From positions 32,001 through 96,000 of IMG/VR virus record IMGVR_UViG_3300042558_000825: a DNA stretch of 64,000 nt; one strand, 5' to 3'. Below, piece after piece: positions 47,957-58,049 of the stretch (positions are counted from its first letter, which is position 1; each line of letters begins with the position of its first letter). The notes beneath the pieces are model-generated. The model did not search any database. It had not been told where the DNA came from and saw only the letters and a list, made by a program, of their open reading frames with translations. This DNA comes from a virus. The position numbers and the translations under genes are program-made.

Positions 47957-50881
47957 ATGACAGAAAATTTTGAAGAAAAGCTTGGTAGATTAACGGAATT
48001 ACTTGAAAAACAGATAGAGTCCTATGCCAAATTAAATGATACCACTGATAAAACTGAAAGGCAACAGAAGAAAGCTTTAGAAGATTCTATTTTACAAGAA
48101 AAAGGCTATGCTAGGGTTAACGGCAAAATTATGTCCGTTGAAGAAGCACGTATTAAAGCCGAAGAAAAGATTACTCAAGAATTGTATGATAATTTTGGTA
48201 AAGAAAAAGTACTAAGCCAAAAAATACAAAATGAATATGATAAACAACTAAAATCAATAACCGATGTTATCAAGGGTTCAATAGAAATAACCGATGCTCA
48301 AAAACAAAATTTAGTAAAGTTAAAACAATCCGGTGAATATATAGCCGCACAGCAGGCAAATGAATTTAAAAAACAAGCTGAATCTTTGGGTGCTATAATA
48401 GCATCAAATGGAAAACTATTAGAAGTTAATGGTAAGATAATACAAAATAGTACCAAATTAACAGGAGAACAGCAAAAACAACTAGATCAGCTTAAAGCCG
48501 GTGGTGCTGGAAAACAAGTTGAACAATTAGCCGGACAGTTTAGAGACACAGATGCTGTGTTAGGATCCATGAATAGTCAGGTTAAAGATTTAATGGGTAG
48601 TAGTGCAGTACTTACTGGTGGATTCTTACTTGCAGAAGCCGCATTATCAGGAACAACTAAAGCAATTACTTTAATGGCTAAGTCAATTTACGATGGTCAA
48701 CGTGGTACTAAAGTAACCGCTTCCGCAATAAATGAAATTACAACTGCAATTGGAGATTCAGTAGCAACAATTGGTACTATTATTGGAGTTCTAGGTCCAT
48801 GGGGTAGAGTAGCTAAATTAGCATTAACTGGACTTTCTTTTGTAGCCGGTAAACTTATAAAATTAATAGGTACTGCTATTGAGATAGATGCTGAACAAAA
48901 TGATAAACTATTCAAAAGTTATAATAGATTGTCATCTAGTGGCTTAGGTGCGGCAAATGGCCTTGAAGGGGTAATAGATAGTCTGCATAGATTGAATTTT
49001 ACTGCTTCTGCAGAAGAAATGGAAAAATTCACTGAACTGCTAGCATCTAACTCAAAAGAATTAAAACTATTAGGAGCTACTGCAGGTGAAGGAGCACAAA
49101 ACTTTTCAAAAGTAGCCGGGGAATTATCAAAAAGTCAAATAGGTGAACAATTAGAACGTTTAGGCGTTACCGCAGATGAACAACGTGAACATACATTACG
49201 ATATATGGCTCAACAAAATCGTATGGGGTTGATGCAAGGTAAGACGCAATCTGAATTAATTAGAGGGTCACAACAGTACATTGAAGAATTAGATAAAATT
49301 GCAATGTTGACCGGTGCTAGTCGTAAAGATCAGGAAGAAGCACGTGCCGCAATTATGGCAGAAAATGAATTACGTGCGGCAATGTATGAGGCAGAAAAGA
49401 ATAAAGATACTGAACTATCAGCGAAATTAAAACAAGCTTTTGATTTGGCAGCTAATTTAAGAGTTATGGGTGATACAAGAGGGGCAACTGGTGTATCAAA
49501 ATATGCTGCCGCTGGCTTTAATCCCACCGATGAGATATCTGGTGCAGCCATGCAAACATACAACCAAGCCTTAACTAATATTTCACAAGGTAAAGGTGGA
49601 AGTGCTTCTGAGAATTTAACAACAGCACTAAAAGGTTTACAAACTAGCATGGACAATTATGCAGGCGCAGCCAAATATGGCGGTGACTTTAAAGCCCTAC
49701 AGTCAGTAGATATGGCTAAGGGAGCTGATATGGTTCTTGCAGGTAGAAGATTTGAAGAAGAAAAACTTAAAAATCCAAATGTAACTATAGATCAAGTATT
49801 AGAACAAATTCAAAATGAACGTAAAGCAAGTGATGAAAGATTAAAAGCCACTGTAGCAGGTAATAGAATGCAACAAGCGGCTGCACAAATAATGGATAAA
49901 GTTGCTTTTAGTATTAACACAGCCGCAAAAATAAATGAAATGGCGGCAACAAAATTTAAAGAAGCTGTAGACATGTTCTCAACCGCAGTTGGTGTAAAAC
50001 CTGTTTCCGGTGGAACAAATAGAAATTCTGTTACACCGCCTTCAACAATTCCGGCAATTCCAATGGCACCAGGTGCGCCACCTAATGCCGGTTCATCTGC
50101 ATTAGGTGGCATGGCTGATCAACGTAGATCAGGATTAGAAGGAGCATCACAAGGTATACCAACTCCATTACCTTCAAATCTGACTCCTAAATCTAGAGGT
50201 ATGAAACCGGTAGCTGCTAATACACCAGATGATGTAATGAAATTAATTAAATTTCAAGGTGATGCATTGGGTACTAGATCACATTTTGATGCACTAGATC
50301 CATATGTCAAAAGAAACTTTATGGACATGATTGCTGAATATGGTAAGCCGGTACAAATTAACGCGGCTATGCGTTCACATCAAGAACAACAAACATTATA
50401 TGATAAATGGATAGCAAACGGAAAAATAGGTAATCCAGTTGCTAAACCGGGTAGTAGTAAACATAATTTTGGTAGAGCATTGGATTTGAATAGCAGTCAG
50501 GTTACTGATTTGGCTAATAGTGGATTACTAACTAAGTATGGTTTCAATACTATTCCTAATGATCCTCCGCATATTGAAATGGCTAGATTCGGCGGAGTCT
50601 TTAGTGGTCCAGAATCTGGTTATCCAGTAATGTTGCACGGTGATCAGGAAACAGTTGTTACTAAACCTCAATTTGATGAAATGGCTAATGGTGTAAAAAA
50701 AGAAAGTGTAGCTACTGCAATGTCAAATTTATCTACAACAACTACAAATACAATGGAATCTCCAAGTGCAATACTACAAGAATTACTAGATTTAATGGAA
50801 GATAAATTTGACACAATGATTGATAGGTTAAGTACCGGTAACGACATATCAGATAAATTATTACGCAATTCAATGGTTTAA
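47957..50881 (+). CDS. Tape-measure-like protein with C-terminal M15 (VanY-like) peptidase domain
   Basis: Long helical Ala/Gln/Lys-rich body with a hydrophobic segment; RS..Q..LY..PGSSKHNFGRALD..DPPH near the C-terminus. Confidence 0.75.
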   Translation: MTENFEEKLGRLTELLEKQIESYAKLNDTTDKTERQQKKALEDSILQEKGYARVNGKIMSVEEARIKAEEKITQELYDNFGKEKVLSQKIQNEYDKQLKSITDVIKGSIEITDAQKQNLVKLKQSGEYIAAQQANEFKKQAESLGAIIASNGKLLEVNGKIIQNSTKLTGEQQKQLDQLKAGGAGKQVEQLAGQFRDTDAVLGSMNSQVKDLMGSSAVLTGGFLLAEAALSGTTKAITLMAKSIYDGQRGTKVTASAINEITTAIGDSVATIGTIIGVLGPWGRVAKLALTGLSFVAGKLIKLIGTAIEIDAEQNDKLFKSYNRLSSSGLGAANGLEGVIDSLHRLNFTASAEEMEKFTELLASNSKELKLLGATAGEGAQNFSKVAGELSKSQIGEQLERLGVTADEQREHTLRYMAQQNRMGLMQGKTQSELIRGSQQYIEELDKIAMLTGASRKDQEEARAAIMAENELRAAMYEAEKNKDTELSAKLKQAFDLAANLRVMGDTRGATGVSKYAAAGFNPTDEISGAAMQTYNQALTNISQGKGGSASENLTTALKGLQTSMDNYAGAAKYGGDFKALQSVDMAKGADMVLAGRRFEEEKLKNPNVTIDQVLEQIQNERKASDERLKATVAGNRMQQAAAQIMDKVAFSINTAAKINEMAATKFKEAVDMFSTAVGVKPVSGGTNRNSVTPPSTIPAIPMAPGAPPNAGSSALGGMADQRRSGLEGASQGIPTPLPSNLTPKSRGMKPVAANTPDDVMKLIKFQGDALGTRSHFDALDPYVKRNFMDMIAEYGKPVQINAAMRSHQEQQTLYDKWIANGKIGNPVAKPGSSKHNFGRALDLNSSQVTDLANSGLLTKYGFNTIPNDPPHIEMARFGGVFSGPESGYPVMLHGDQETVVTKPQFDEMANGVKKESVATAMSNLSTTTTNTMESPSAILQELLDLMEDKFDTMIDRLSTGNDISDKLLRNSMV

Positions 50882-50908
50882 CACTAAATACTAGATAAAG
50901 TATCTACT

Positions 50909-52699
50909 ATGACCTACAAAAAACGCTTCTCTAACAAATCTGGCATGTCCAGTCCCATTTCTGGATTTAATAATAATACCGGTGCATGGAACGGTAGTCC
51001 AGGACAAAATGGTAGTGACACCGGCGGTTATAACAATGCTGAAATGGGTTATAAAAACTATCGTAGCCGTCTTCCAGAAGTCTATACAGGTCACCCAAAT
51101 CGTATTGAACGCTATAACCAATATGAAATGATGGATGTTGATGCTGAAATTAATGCTTGTTTAGACATTATATCTGAATTCAGCACACAAACAAACGAAC
51201 ATAATAAAACACCCTTTGACTTAGATTTCAAAGATGAACCAACACAACATGAAGTTGAACTACTAAAAACTCAACTACAACAATGGTGTAAACTAAATGA
51301 GTTTGACACTAGAACATTTAAAATATTCCGTAATACTATTAAGTTTGGTGATCAGTTATTTGTCCGTGACCCAGAAAACTTTAAGTTATATTGGATAGAT
51401 ATGACTAAGGTAATCAAAGTTATTGTTAACGAAAGTGAAGGTAAGAAGCCCGAACAATATGTTATAAAAGACATTAACATTAACTTACAGAACTTAAGTG
51501 TAGCACAAAAAACAAATACAGACTTTGCCGCTAATCCAGCTACTGGTTTAGGTGGTACAGGCGGAGGTGGCGGTGGCGGTGGATACACAGTCCCGAGTAT
51601 GCCCTATAATACAAGTGGTAGTCGTTTTACATTAGGACAAAGTGAATCAGCTATTGATGCTAAACATATTGTTCATTTAAGTTTAACAGAAGGGCTAGAC
51701 CGCTTTTGGCCCTTTGGTCAAAGTATTTTAGAAAACATCTTTAAAGTCTATAAACAAAAAGAATTACTAGAAGATGCTGTTTTAATCTATCGTGTACAAC
51801 GTGCTCCGGAACGTAGAATGTTTAAGATTGACGTTGGTAATATGCCAAGTCACTTAGCTATGGCTTTTGTTGAGCGTATTAAGAATGAGATTCATCAAAG
51901 ACGTATACCAAGTACACATGGTGGCGGTAGTGTAGTTGATGCTAGCTATAACCCATTAAGTATGAATGAAGATTACTTCTTCCCAGTTACTGCTGACGGA
52001 AGAGGATCAAGTGTTGAAGTGTTGCCCGGTGGACAAAATTTGGGTGAGATTGATGACTTGCGTTACTTTAACAACAGATTAGCACGTGGTTTACGTGTGC
52101 CAAGTAGCTATCTTCCAACTGGCCCTGATGATAATCCTACTCCATTAAGTGATGGACGTGTGGGCACAGCGATGATCCAAGAGTTTCGTTTCAATCAATA
52201 TTGCGAACGACTACAAAAGTATATTAGCCAAAAGCTAGATGAAGAATTTAAGTTATTTCTACGTTGGAGAGGACTGAATATTGATAGTGGTTTATTTCAA
52301 TTACAGTTTAATCCACCACAAAACTTTGCCGCTTATCGTCAAAGTGAATTAGATACAGCACGTATTACTTCTTTTAGTGCTATTGAGCAGTATCCATATA
52401 TAAGTAAACGTTTTGCGTTAGAAAGATTCTTAGGATTAACTGAAGAAGAAATCAGTAAAAATGAGAAGATGTGGCGTGAAGAAAATGATAAAGAAATTGA
52501 AGTTGAACCACAAGGTAGTGATTTACGTAGTATTGGTGTATCAGTGGGTGACATTGAATCTGATAGTCAAACAGGTGAAGATATGAATGCACCTGAACCA
52601 GAAGATGGATTAGATGGTATGGAAGTAGCCGGCCCAGTTGGAAATGATGCAGCCGGCATGGCAGGCAATGTTCCTGGTGGTGCGCCCGGACAGATTTAA
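50909..52699 (+). CDS. gp20: Portal protein, T4 gp20-like
   Basis: LLEDAVLIYRVQRAPERRMFKIDVGNMP..EDYFFP..GRGSSVEVLPGGQNLGEIDD..LRVPSS; TAAATA at 50885-90. Confidence 0.95.
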   Translation: MTYKKRFSNKSGMSSPISGFNNNTGAWNGSPGQNGSDTGGYNNAEMGYKNYRSRLPEVYTGHPNRIERYNQYEMMDVDAEINACLDIISEFSTQTNEHNKTPFDLDFKDEPTQHEVELLKTQLQQWCKLNEFDTRTFKIFRNTIKFGDQLFVRDPENFKLYWIDMTKVIKVIVNESEGKKPEQYVIKDININLQNLSVAQKTNTDFAANPATGLGGTGGGGGGGGYTVPSMPYNTSGSRFTLGQSESAIDAKHIVHLSLTEGLDRFWPFGQSILENIFKVYKQKELLEDAVLIYRVQRAPERRMFKIDVGNMPSHLAMAFVERIKNEIHQRRIPSTHGGGSVVDASYNPLSMNEDYFFPVTADGRGSSVEVLPGGQNLGEIDDLRYFNNRLARGLRVPSSYLPTGPDDNPTPLSDGRVGTAMIQEFRFNQYCERLQKYISQKLDEEFKLFLRWRGLNIDSGLFQLQFNPPQNFAAYRQSELDTARITSFSAIEQYPYISKRFALERFLGLTEEEISKNEKMWREENDKEIEVEPQGSDLRSIGVSVGDIESDSQTGEDMNAPEPEDGLDGMEVAGPVGNDAAGMAGNVPGGAPGQI

Positions 52700-52712
52700 G
52701 ATAAATAGATTT

Positions 52713-52937
52713 ATGAAATTATTTGAGATGTTTACTCCCGCTATTGAAGGTTACCAAGATGTAGAGTCTGATAACAGTAAACCAAAGTGGAAAGAAAGCC
52801 GTAAAACTAAATTAACATTACGTCAGATTCGTAAATTGCGTAAGATGAATGATGTTAGAAATTATGAAAAGGCTAGTTATCTTAAAAAGATTCATGCACA
52901 ATATAGTCAGCCGGCTCCTGATCAACCGCAGATATAA
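52713..52937 (+). CDS. Small basic hypothetical protein
   Basis: Start placed at ATG 52713 (MKLFEMF..), after the portal stop and TAAATA at 52702-07; the ORF-track start at 52638 overlaps the portal gene. Confidence 0.7.
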   Translation: MKLFEMFTPAIEGYQDVESDNSKPKWKESRKTKLTLRQIRKLRKMNDVRNYEKASYLKKIHAQYSQPAPDQPQI

Positions 52938-52972
52938 GTTAAAAAATCTCTTATTCTAGGCAAAAACGTAAA

Positions 52973-52997
52973 AAAACAGCACTTATTGTGCTGTTTT
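52973..52997 (+). terminator. Hairpin, probable intrinsic (possibly bidirectional) terminator
   Basis: AAAACAGCAC-TTATT-GTGCTGTTTT perfect 10-bp stem, just before the next TAAATA (53011-16). Confidence 0.55.
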
Positions 52998-53050
52998 GCC
53001 ATATACGCACTAAATAATTCTACAAAGCCATTTACTTAGGAGAACACACA

Positions 53051-53887
53051 ATGGATAATAAAAAATTTGAACAACTTATTGATTTGATTATTAATGAGAA
53101 TGAAGAACAAGCTAAAGCATTGTTTCATGATATCGTGGTTGAGAAGTCACGTGAGATTTATGAATCAATGATGGATGAAGAAGGCATGATGAACCAGCCA
53201 TCTGGTCAAGTACAAGATTTACTAGATGAAATCGGTAGCGAAGAACAAGGCATGGCAGAAGCCGAAGATGAAGAATTTGATATTGCTGACATGGATGATG
53301 GCGAAGGTGATGAAGAATCTGTTGACATTGAAATGGACAGCGAAGAAGGTGGCGAAGAAGGTTTAGAAGACCGTGTTGTTGACCTAGAAGATAAATTAGA
53401 CCAGTTAATGGCTGAGTTTGAAGAAATCATGGGCGGTGATGATATGGGTGATGACGACATGGGTGATGAAGAAGGTGACATGGATGACATGGGCGGTGAC
53501 GACATGGACGGCATGGACGACATGGGCGGTGAAGAAGATCCTATGATGGAAGCTATCACATTGAAGAAAGTTTCTGTAACTCATGGTGACAATGGTGTTC
53601 AAACAAAGAGTACAAACTTAAACAACAGCGGTCAAGCTGGAATGGACAGCAAGCCAGTAAAATTCAGTGGTGCAAGTGAAGCAGTTCCAACAGGACCAAA
53701 AGGCCCAACTAATGCATATGCAAAAGGTGAAACATCTGTTAAAGGTGCAGGTTCATTTAAAAATGCTCCAGCACAAAACAATGCTGATTTAACAGCCGCA
53801 CCTAAGCCAGTCACTAAAGACGAAGCAGGTAAAGTTCGTAGCCCAGTAGCAGAGTCACGCAAGTCTCCTGCTAAAAGACGTATTTAA
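53051..53887 (+). CDS. Highly acidic prohead core-like protein
   Basis: Asp/Glu/Met/Gly-rich, with DDMGG-type repeats; lies between portal and protease; AGGAG RBS. Confidence 0.65.
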   Translation: MDNKKFEQLIDLIINENEEQAKALFHDIVVEKSREIYESMMDEEGMMNQPSGQVQDLLDEIGSEEQGMAEAEDEEFDIADMDDGEGDEESVDIEMDSEEGGEEGLEDRVVDLEDKLDQLMAEFEEIMGGDDMGDDDMGDEEGDMDDMGGDDMDGMDDMGGEEDPMMEAITLKKVSVTHGDNGVQTKSTNLNNSGQAGMDSKPVKFSGASEAVPTGPKGPTNAYAKGETSVKGAGSFKNAPAQNNADLTAAPKPVTKDEAGKVRSPVAESRKSPAKRRI

Positions 53888-53901
53888 GGAATCTGAGAGC
53901 A

Positions 53902-54546
53902 ATGGCTTTGTATCTCAAGGAGCATCTGACATTTGACCGAGCCGGTATGGTTGTTGAATCTGTCAGTGAAGGCGACAAGAAGAACCTTTATATGAAAGGT
54001 ATCTTCATTCAGGGCGGGGTAAAGAACGCAAATGAGCGTGTTTACCCCGTGTCTGAAATTGAAACTGCAGTCGGTACTCTAAATGAGCAAATTACAAGTG
54101 GTTACTCTGTATTGGGTGAAGTAGATCATCCAGATGACTTAAAAATTAACTTAGACCGTGTATCACATATGATAACAAGCATGTGGATGGACGGAGCTAA
54201 TGGTTTCGGAAAGTTAAAGATTTTACCAACTCCAATGGGTGAATTAGTTAAAACTATGTTGGAGAGTGGTGTGAAACTCGGCGTTTCAAGTCGTGGTAGC
54301 GGTAACGTGAATGACATGGACGGCAAAGTGAGTGACTTTGAAATAGTCACTGTGGATATTGTCGCACAACCTAGTGCACCCAATGCTTATCCTAAAGCAA
54401 TTTATGAAGGTATGATGAATATGCGTCATGGTCATAAGATGTTGGATATTGCAAAAGATGCGCAGGGCGATAAGAAGGTACAGAGATATCTGAAAGACGA
54501 AGTGGTTCGTCTTATCAAGGATCTCAAAATTAACAAAGGGGATTAA
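53902..54546 (+). CDS. gp21: Prohead core protease, gp21-like
   Basis: GIFIQGGVKNANERVY, LGEVDHP, GVSSRGSG and DIVAQPSAPNA motifs. Confidence 0.95.
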   Translation: MALYLKEHLTFDRAGMVVESVSEGDKKNLYMKGIFIQGGVKNANERVYPVSEIETAVGTLNEQITSGYSVLGEVDHPDDLKINLDRVSHMITSMWMDGANGFGKLKILPTPMGELVKTMLESGVKLGVSSRGSGNVNDMDGKVSDFEIVTVDIVAQPSAPNAYPKAIYEGMMNMRHGHKMLDIAKDAQGDKKVQRYLKDEVVRLIKDLKINKGD

Positions 54547-54548
54547 GC

Positions 54549-55649
54549 ATGTTAGATGCTATCAAACCATTACTTGAGAGTGGATTAATCAATGAAGAAA
54601 CTGGTGTCGCTATAAACGAGGCATGGGAATCTAAATTGAATGAGGCTCGTGAGCAAGTACGTGCAGAATTAAGAGAAGAATTCGCACAACGTTATGAACA
54701 TGACAGATACGTGATGGTAGAAGCCCTTGATAAAATGGTCAGTGAAGGACTAAAGACTGAGATTGAAGAATTTCAGACTGAACGTCAAGCAATGAACGAA
54801 GACCGTGTGATAGCGCAACAAAAATTGCGTGAATCAGCTACAAAATTCAATAACTTCATGGTTACTAAACTAGCCGAAGAAATTAAAGAATTACGTAGTG
54901 AGCGTAAATTACAAATGGAAAGTCAAGAAAAGTTAGAACAATTTATTGTTCATGCTTTAGCACGTGAAATTAAAGAATTCACACAAGACAAACAAGCTGT
55001 AGTTGAAGCAAAGGTTAAGTTAGTTGCTGAAGGTCGTAAACAATTAGAAGCATTGAAGGCACGTTTTGTTGCTGAATCTGCTAAAAGATTGACTACGGTT
55101 GTCGCTAGCCAACTCAAAGGTGAATTAGGTCAATTAAAAGAAGATATCAAGATTGCTCGAGAGAACAATTTTGGTCGTCGTATCTTTGAAAGTTTTGCAA
55201 GTGAATTCAGTGTCACTCACTTAAGTGAGAAAGCAGAAACTCGCAAACTAATGACTCAGCTAGAAGAAAAAGATAAGAAACTAGCCGAATCCATCAATAC
55301 AATCAGCAACGCTAAGAAGTTGATTGAATCAAAAGAACGTGAAGTTCGTATTATTAAAGAGTCTAATCTACGTGAAAAAACAATGAGCGAGTTACTTGCT
55401 ACATTGAACGAAGAAAAGGCATCAGTAATGCAGAACTTACTAGAAAGCGTCCAGACACCACGTCTACAAGCCGCTTTCGATAAGTATCTTCCAGCAGTTC
55501 TAAATAACGGTAATGTTAAACCAGCACAAAAAGCTAAATTAACAGAATCAGTTATAGTAGAAGCAACTGGGGATAAAGCTGCCAAACAAGAAGTTGATAC
55601 GGAACAACGTGATAACGTTATCGATATCAAGCGTCTGGCAGGGCTTTAA
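54549..55649 (+). CDS. gp22: Prohead scaffold, gp22-like
   Basis: Glu/Lys-rich coiled coil between the protease and capsid genes. Confidence 0.8.
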   Translation: MLDAIKPLLESGLINEETGVAINEAWESKLNEAREQVRAELREEFAQRYEHDRYVMVEALDKMVSEGLKTEIEEFQTERQAMNEDRVIAQQKLRESATKFNNFMVTKLAEEIKELRSERKLQMESQEKLEQFIVHALAREIKEFTQDKQAVVEAKVKLVAEGRKQLEALKARFVAESAKRLTTVVASQLKGELGQLKEDIKIARENNFGRRIFESFASEFSVTHLSEKAETRKLMTQLEEKDKKLAESINTISNAKKLIESKEREVRIIKESNLREKTMSELLATLNEEKASVMQNLLESVQTPRLQAAFDKYLPAVLNNGNVKPAQKAKLTESVIVEATGDKAAKQEVDTEQRDNVIDIKRLAGL

Positions 55650-55681
55650 TTAAAAAAGACATAGATTAGGAGAAATTAAAA

Positions 55682-56878
55682 ATGTCAAAAGTACTCTTAG
55701 AAGGCCGTTGGGACGAGACCAAAGAAGCTCTGTTAGAAGGCTTAAAAGGAACTCGCCGTTCAACAATGGGTGTTATTTTAGAAAACACTAAAAAACAGTT
55801 ACTAGCTGAATCTTCAGCCGGTACAACTACAGCTGGTAATATCGCTACACTAAACCGTGTGATTCTTCCAGTTATTCGTCGTGTCATGCCAACCGTTATC
55901 GCTAACGAATTGGTAGGCGTTCAGCCAATGACAGGACCAGTTGGTCAAATTCACACTCTACGTGTTCGTTATGCTAACAGCTTGACAGACAACAGTGCAG
56001 CCGCAACTAGCGTTACAGCTGGTCAAGAAGCATTGAGTCCATTCTTGATTGCACAAGCATATTCACGCACACCAAGTGGCGATGCATCAACAAGTTACTA
56101 TACAGGTAATGATACTGCTGCCCTAGAAGGCAACGGTGGTAAACAAATCTCTGTGCAAATTCTACGTCAGGCTGTTGAAGCTAAATCACGTAAGTTGCAA
56201 GCACGTTGGACATTTGAGGCAGCACAAGATGCTCAGTCTCAACATGGTATTGACGTAGAAGCAGAAATCATGGCAGCTCTTGCACAAGAGATTACTGCTG
56301 AAATTGACCAAGAGATTCTATTGTCATTACGTACACTAGCATCTACAGAGTATACATTCAACCAAGCTACTGTATCAGGTACAGCTACTTACGTTGGTGA
56401 CGAACACGCTGCCTTAGCTGTTCTAATCAATCGTGTTGCTAACTTGATCGCCCAACGTACACGTCGTGGCGCAGGCAACTGGGCTGTTGTTTCTTCTGCG
56501 GCATTGACAGTATTGCAATCTGCAACTACTTCAGCTTTTGCTCGTACAACAGAAGGTACTTTTGAAGCTCCAACTAACACTAAGTTCGTTGGTACATTGA
56601 ACGGCGCTATGCGTGTGTTCGTTGACAGTTATGCTCCTGATACTACACCAGTATTGGTTGGCTATAAAGGTTCTAGCGAAACTGACGCGGCAGCATTCTA
56701 TTGCCCATACATTCCATTGATGAGCAGTGGAGTTGTATTGGATCCATCAACATTCGAACCAGTCGTATCATTTATGACACGTTATGGTTACATCGAATTA
56801 ACCAACACCGCAAGTTCTTTCGGTAATGCTGCCGATTACGTTGGTGAAATAGCCGTGCAAAATCTTACTTTTCAGTGA
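55682..56878 (+). CDS. gp23: Major capsid protein, T4 gp23-like
   Basis: GVQPMTGPVGQI, VEAKSRKL, EAAQD..HGID, EITAEIDQE, FYCPYIPL and TRYG motifs. Confidence 0.97.
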   Translation: MSKVLLEGRWDETKEALLEGLKGTRRSTMGVILENTKKQLLAESSAGTTTAGNIATLNRVILPVIRRVMPTVIANELVGVQPMTGPVGQIHTLRVRYANSLTDNSAAATSVTAGQEALSPFLIAQAYSRTPSGDASTSYYTGNDTAALEGNGGKQISVQILRQAVEAKSRKLQARWTFEAAQDAQSQHGIDVEAEIMAALAQEITAEIDQEILLSLRTLASTEYTFNQATVSGTATYVGDEHAALAVLINRVANLIAQRTRRGAGNWAVVSSAALTVLQSATTSAFARTTEGTFEAPTNTKFVGTLNGAMRVFVDSYAPDTTPVLVGYKGSSETDAAAFYCPYIPLMSSGVVLDPSTFEPVVSFMTRYGYIELTNTASSFGNAADYVGEIAVQNLTFQ

Positions 56879-56919
56879 AATTCAGTACACGCTAATATCT
56901 TTACCGATATTATCAACAC

Positions 56920-56945
56920 AAAGGGGCACGAAAGTGCCCTTTTTT
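56920..56945 (+). terminator. Rho-independent terminator of the capsid gene
   Basis: GGGCAC-GAAA-GTGCCC followed by T6. Confidence 0.9.
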
Positions 56946-57002
56946 GTTTAAGGGATGGTTGGCAACTTGGTGGCAAAAAGCGTAAGATAAGATAAATACA
57001 AT

Positions 57003-57053
57003 ATCTCAACGGGATGGGAAGTTACAATCAAGCACTATTCGTAGTGCTTTTTT
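57003..57053 (+). ncRNA. Candidate ~50-nt late small RNA
   Basis: TAAATA at 56993-98, then a short non-coding stretch ending in its own terminator. Confidence 0.45.
57030..57053 (+). terminator. Rho-independent terminator
   Basis: AAGCACTA-TTCG-TAGTGCTT followed by a T-tract. Confidence 0.85.
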
Positions 57054-57097
57054 GTTATCTATACTACTTTGCTAAATAGTATAAAGGGTACAATATT

Positions 57098-58024
57098 ATG
57101 GACTTTAGTGGAGTGACAATATCAGGTGGGGTTAGTATTGTGCCGCCTGTCGTGGTCAGTGGTAATAAGGTTATATTTGGATATGGATCTACTAACAGCT
57201 CACCTGACGGAGCGGTGTCAATAACCAACCTAGTATCAAATACAGGTGTAGTTGGTAATGATGTTACAGGTGTCGGTACAGCTAGACTTTCTCTTGGTGC
57301 CGCAGGTTATGGTACAGATAAAGCTATATTTGGATATGGACAAAATCTTACGTCAGTGACCAATAAAGTATCAAACACAGGGGTAGTATCCGCAGACACT
57401 ACAGGTGTTGGATCCAATAGGTTTGCATTAGCAGCCGCTGGTTATAGCACAGATAAAGCCATCTTTGGATATGGGTATACAGGTTCCGCAACATCAATAA
57501 CCAACTTAGTAAGTAACACAGGTGTTGTTGCTACAGACACCTCAGGTGTTGGCACTTCCAGATATCATTTAGCGGCCGCCCGCTATGGTACAGATAAAGC
57601 TATTTTTGGATACGGGACCAACGAGGCCATCACATATTATTCATTAACAAATCTAGTGAGCAATACAGGTGTAGTTGCCACAAATACAACTGGAGTAGGT
57701 ACTGGGAGGTATCTATTGGCGGCTGCCGGGTACGGTAATGATAAAGCCATTTTTGGTTATGGATATTCCGGCAGTTTGACATCGTTAACTAATCTAGTAT
57801 CAAATACTGGCGTAGTAGCTACTGATACTACAGGTGTTGGCACTGCTAGATTGCAAATAGCAGCCGCAACTTATGGCAATGATAAAGCTATATTTGGATA
57901 TGGGCCCAATGGTGTTATCTTCACAGCAATAACCAACCTAGTATCAAACACCGGGGTAGTTGCTAATGATACCGCAGGTGTTGGCACTGCTCGCGGAATG
58001 CTAGGTGCCGCAGCCTATGGTTAA
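57098..58024 (+). CDS. Six-repeat (Kelch-like beta-propeller) putative virion accessory protein
   Basis: Six 45-51-aa repeats KAIFGYG-[variable]-TNLVSNTGVVAxDTxGVGTxRxxLAAAxYGxD; TAAATA at 57073-78. Confidence 0.75.
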   Translation: MDFSGVTISGGVSIVPPVVVSGNKVIFGYGSTNSSPDGAVSITNLVSNTGVVGNDVTGVGTARLSLGAAGYGTDKAIFGYGQNLTSVTNKVSNTGVVSADTTGVGSNRFALAAAGYSTDKAIFGYGYTGSATSITNLVSNTGVVATDTSGVGTSRYHLAAARYGTDKAIFGYGTNEAITYYSLTNLVSNTGVVATNTTGVGTGRYLLAAAGYGNDKAIFGYGYSGSLTSLTNLVSNTGVVATDTTGVGTARLQIAAATYGNDKAIFGYGPNGVIFTAITNLVSNTGVVANDTAGVGTARGMLGAAAYG

Positions 58025-58049
58025 GAATAATTTTTAAGGAATAACAATT

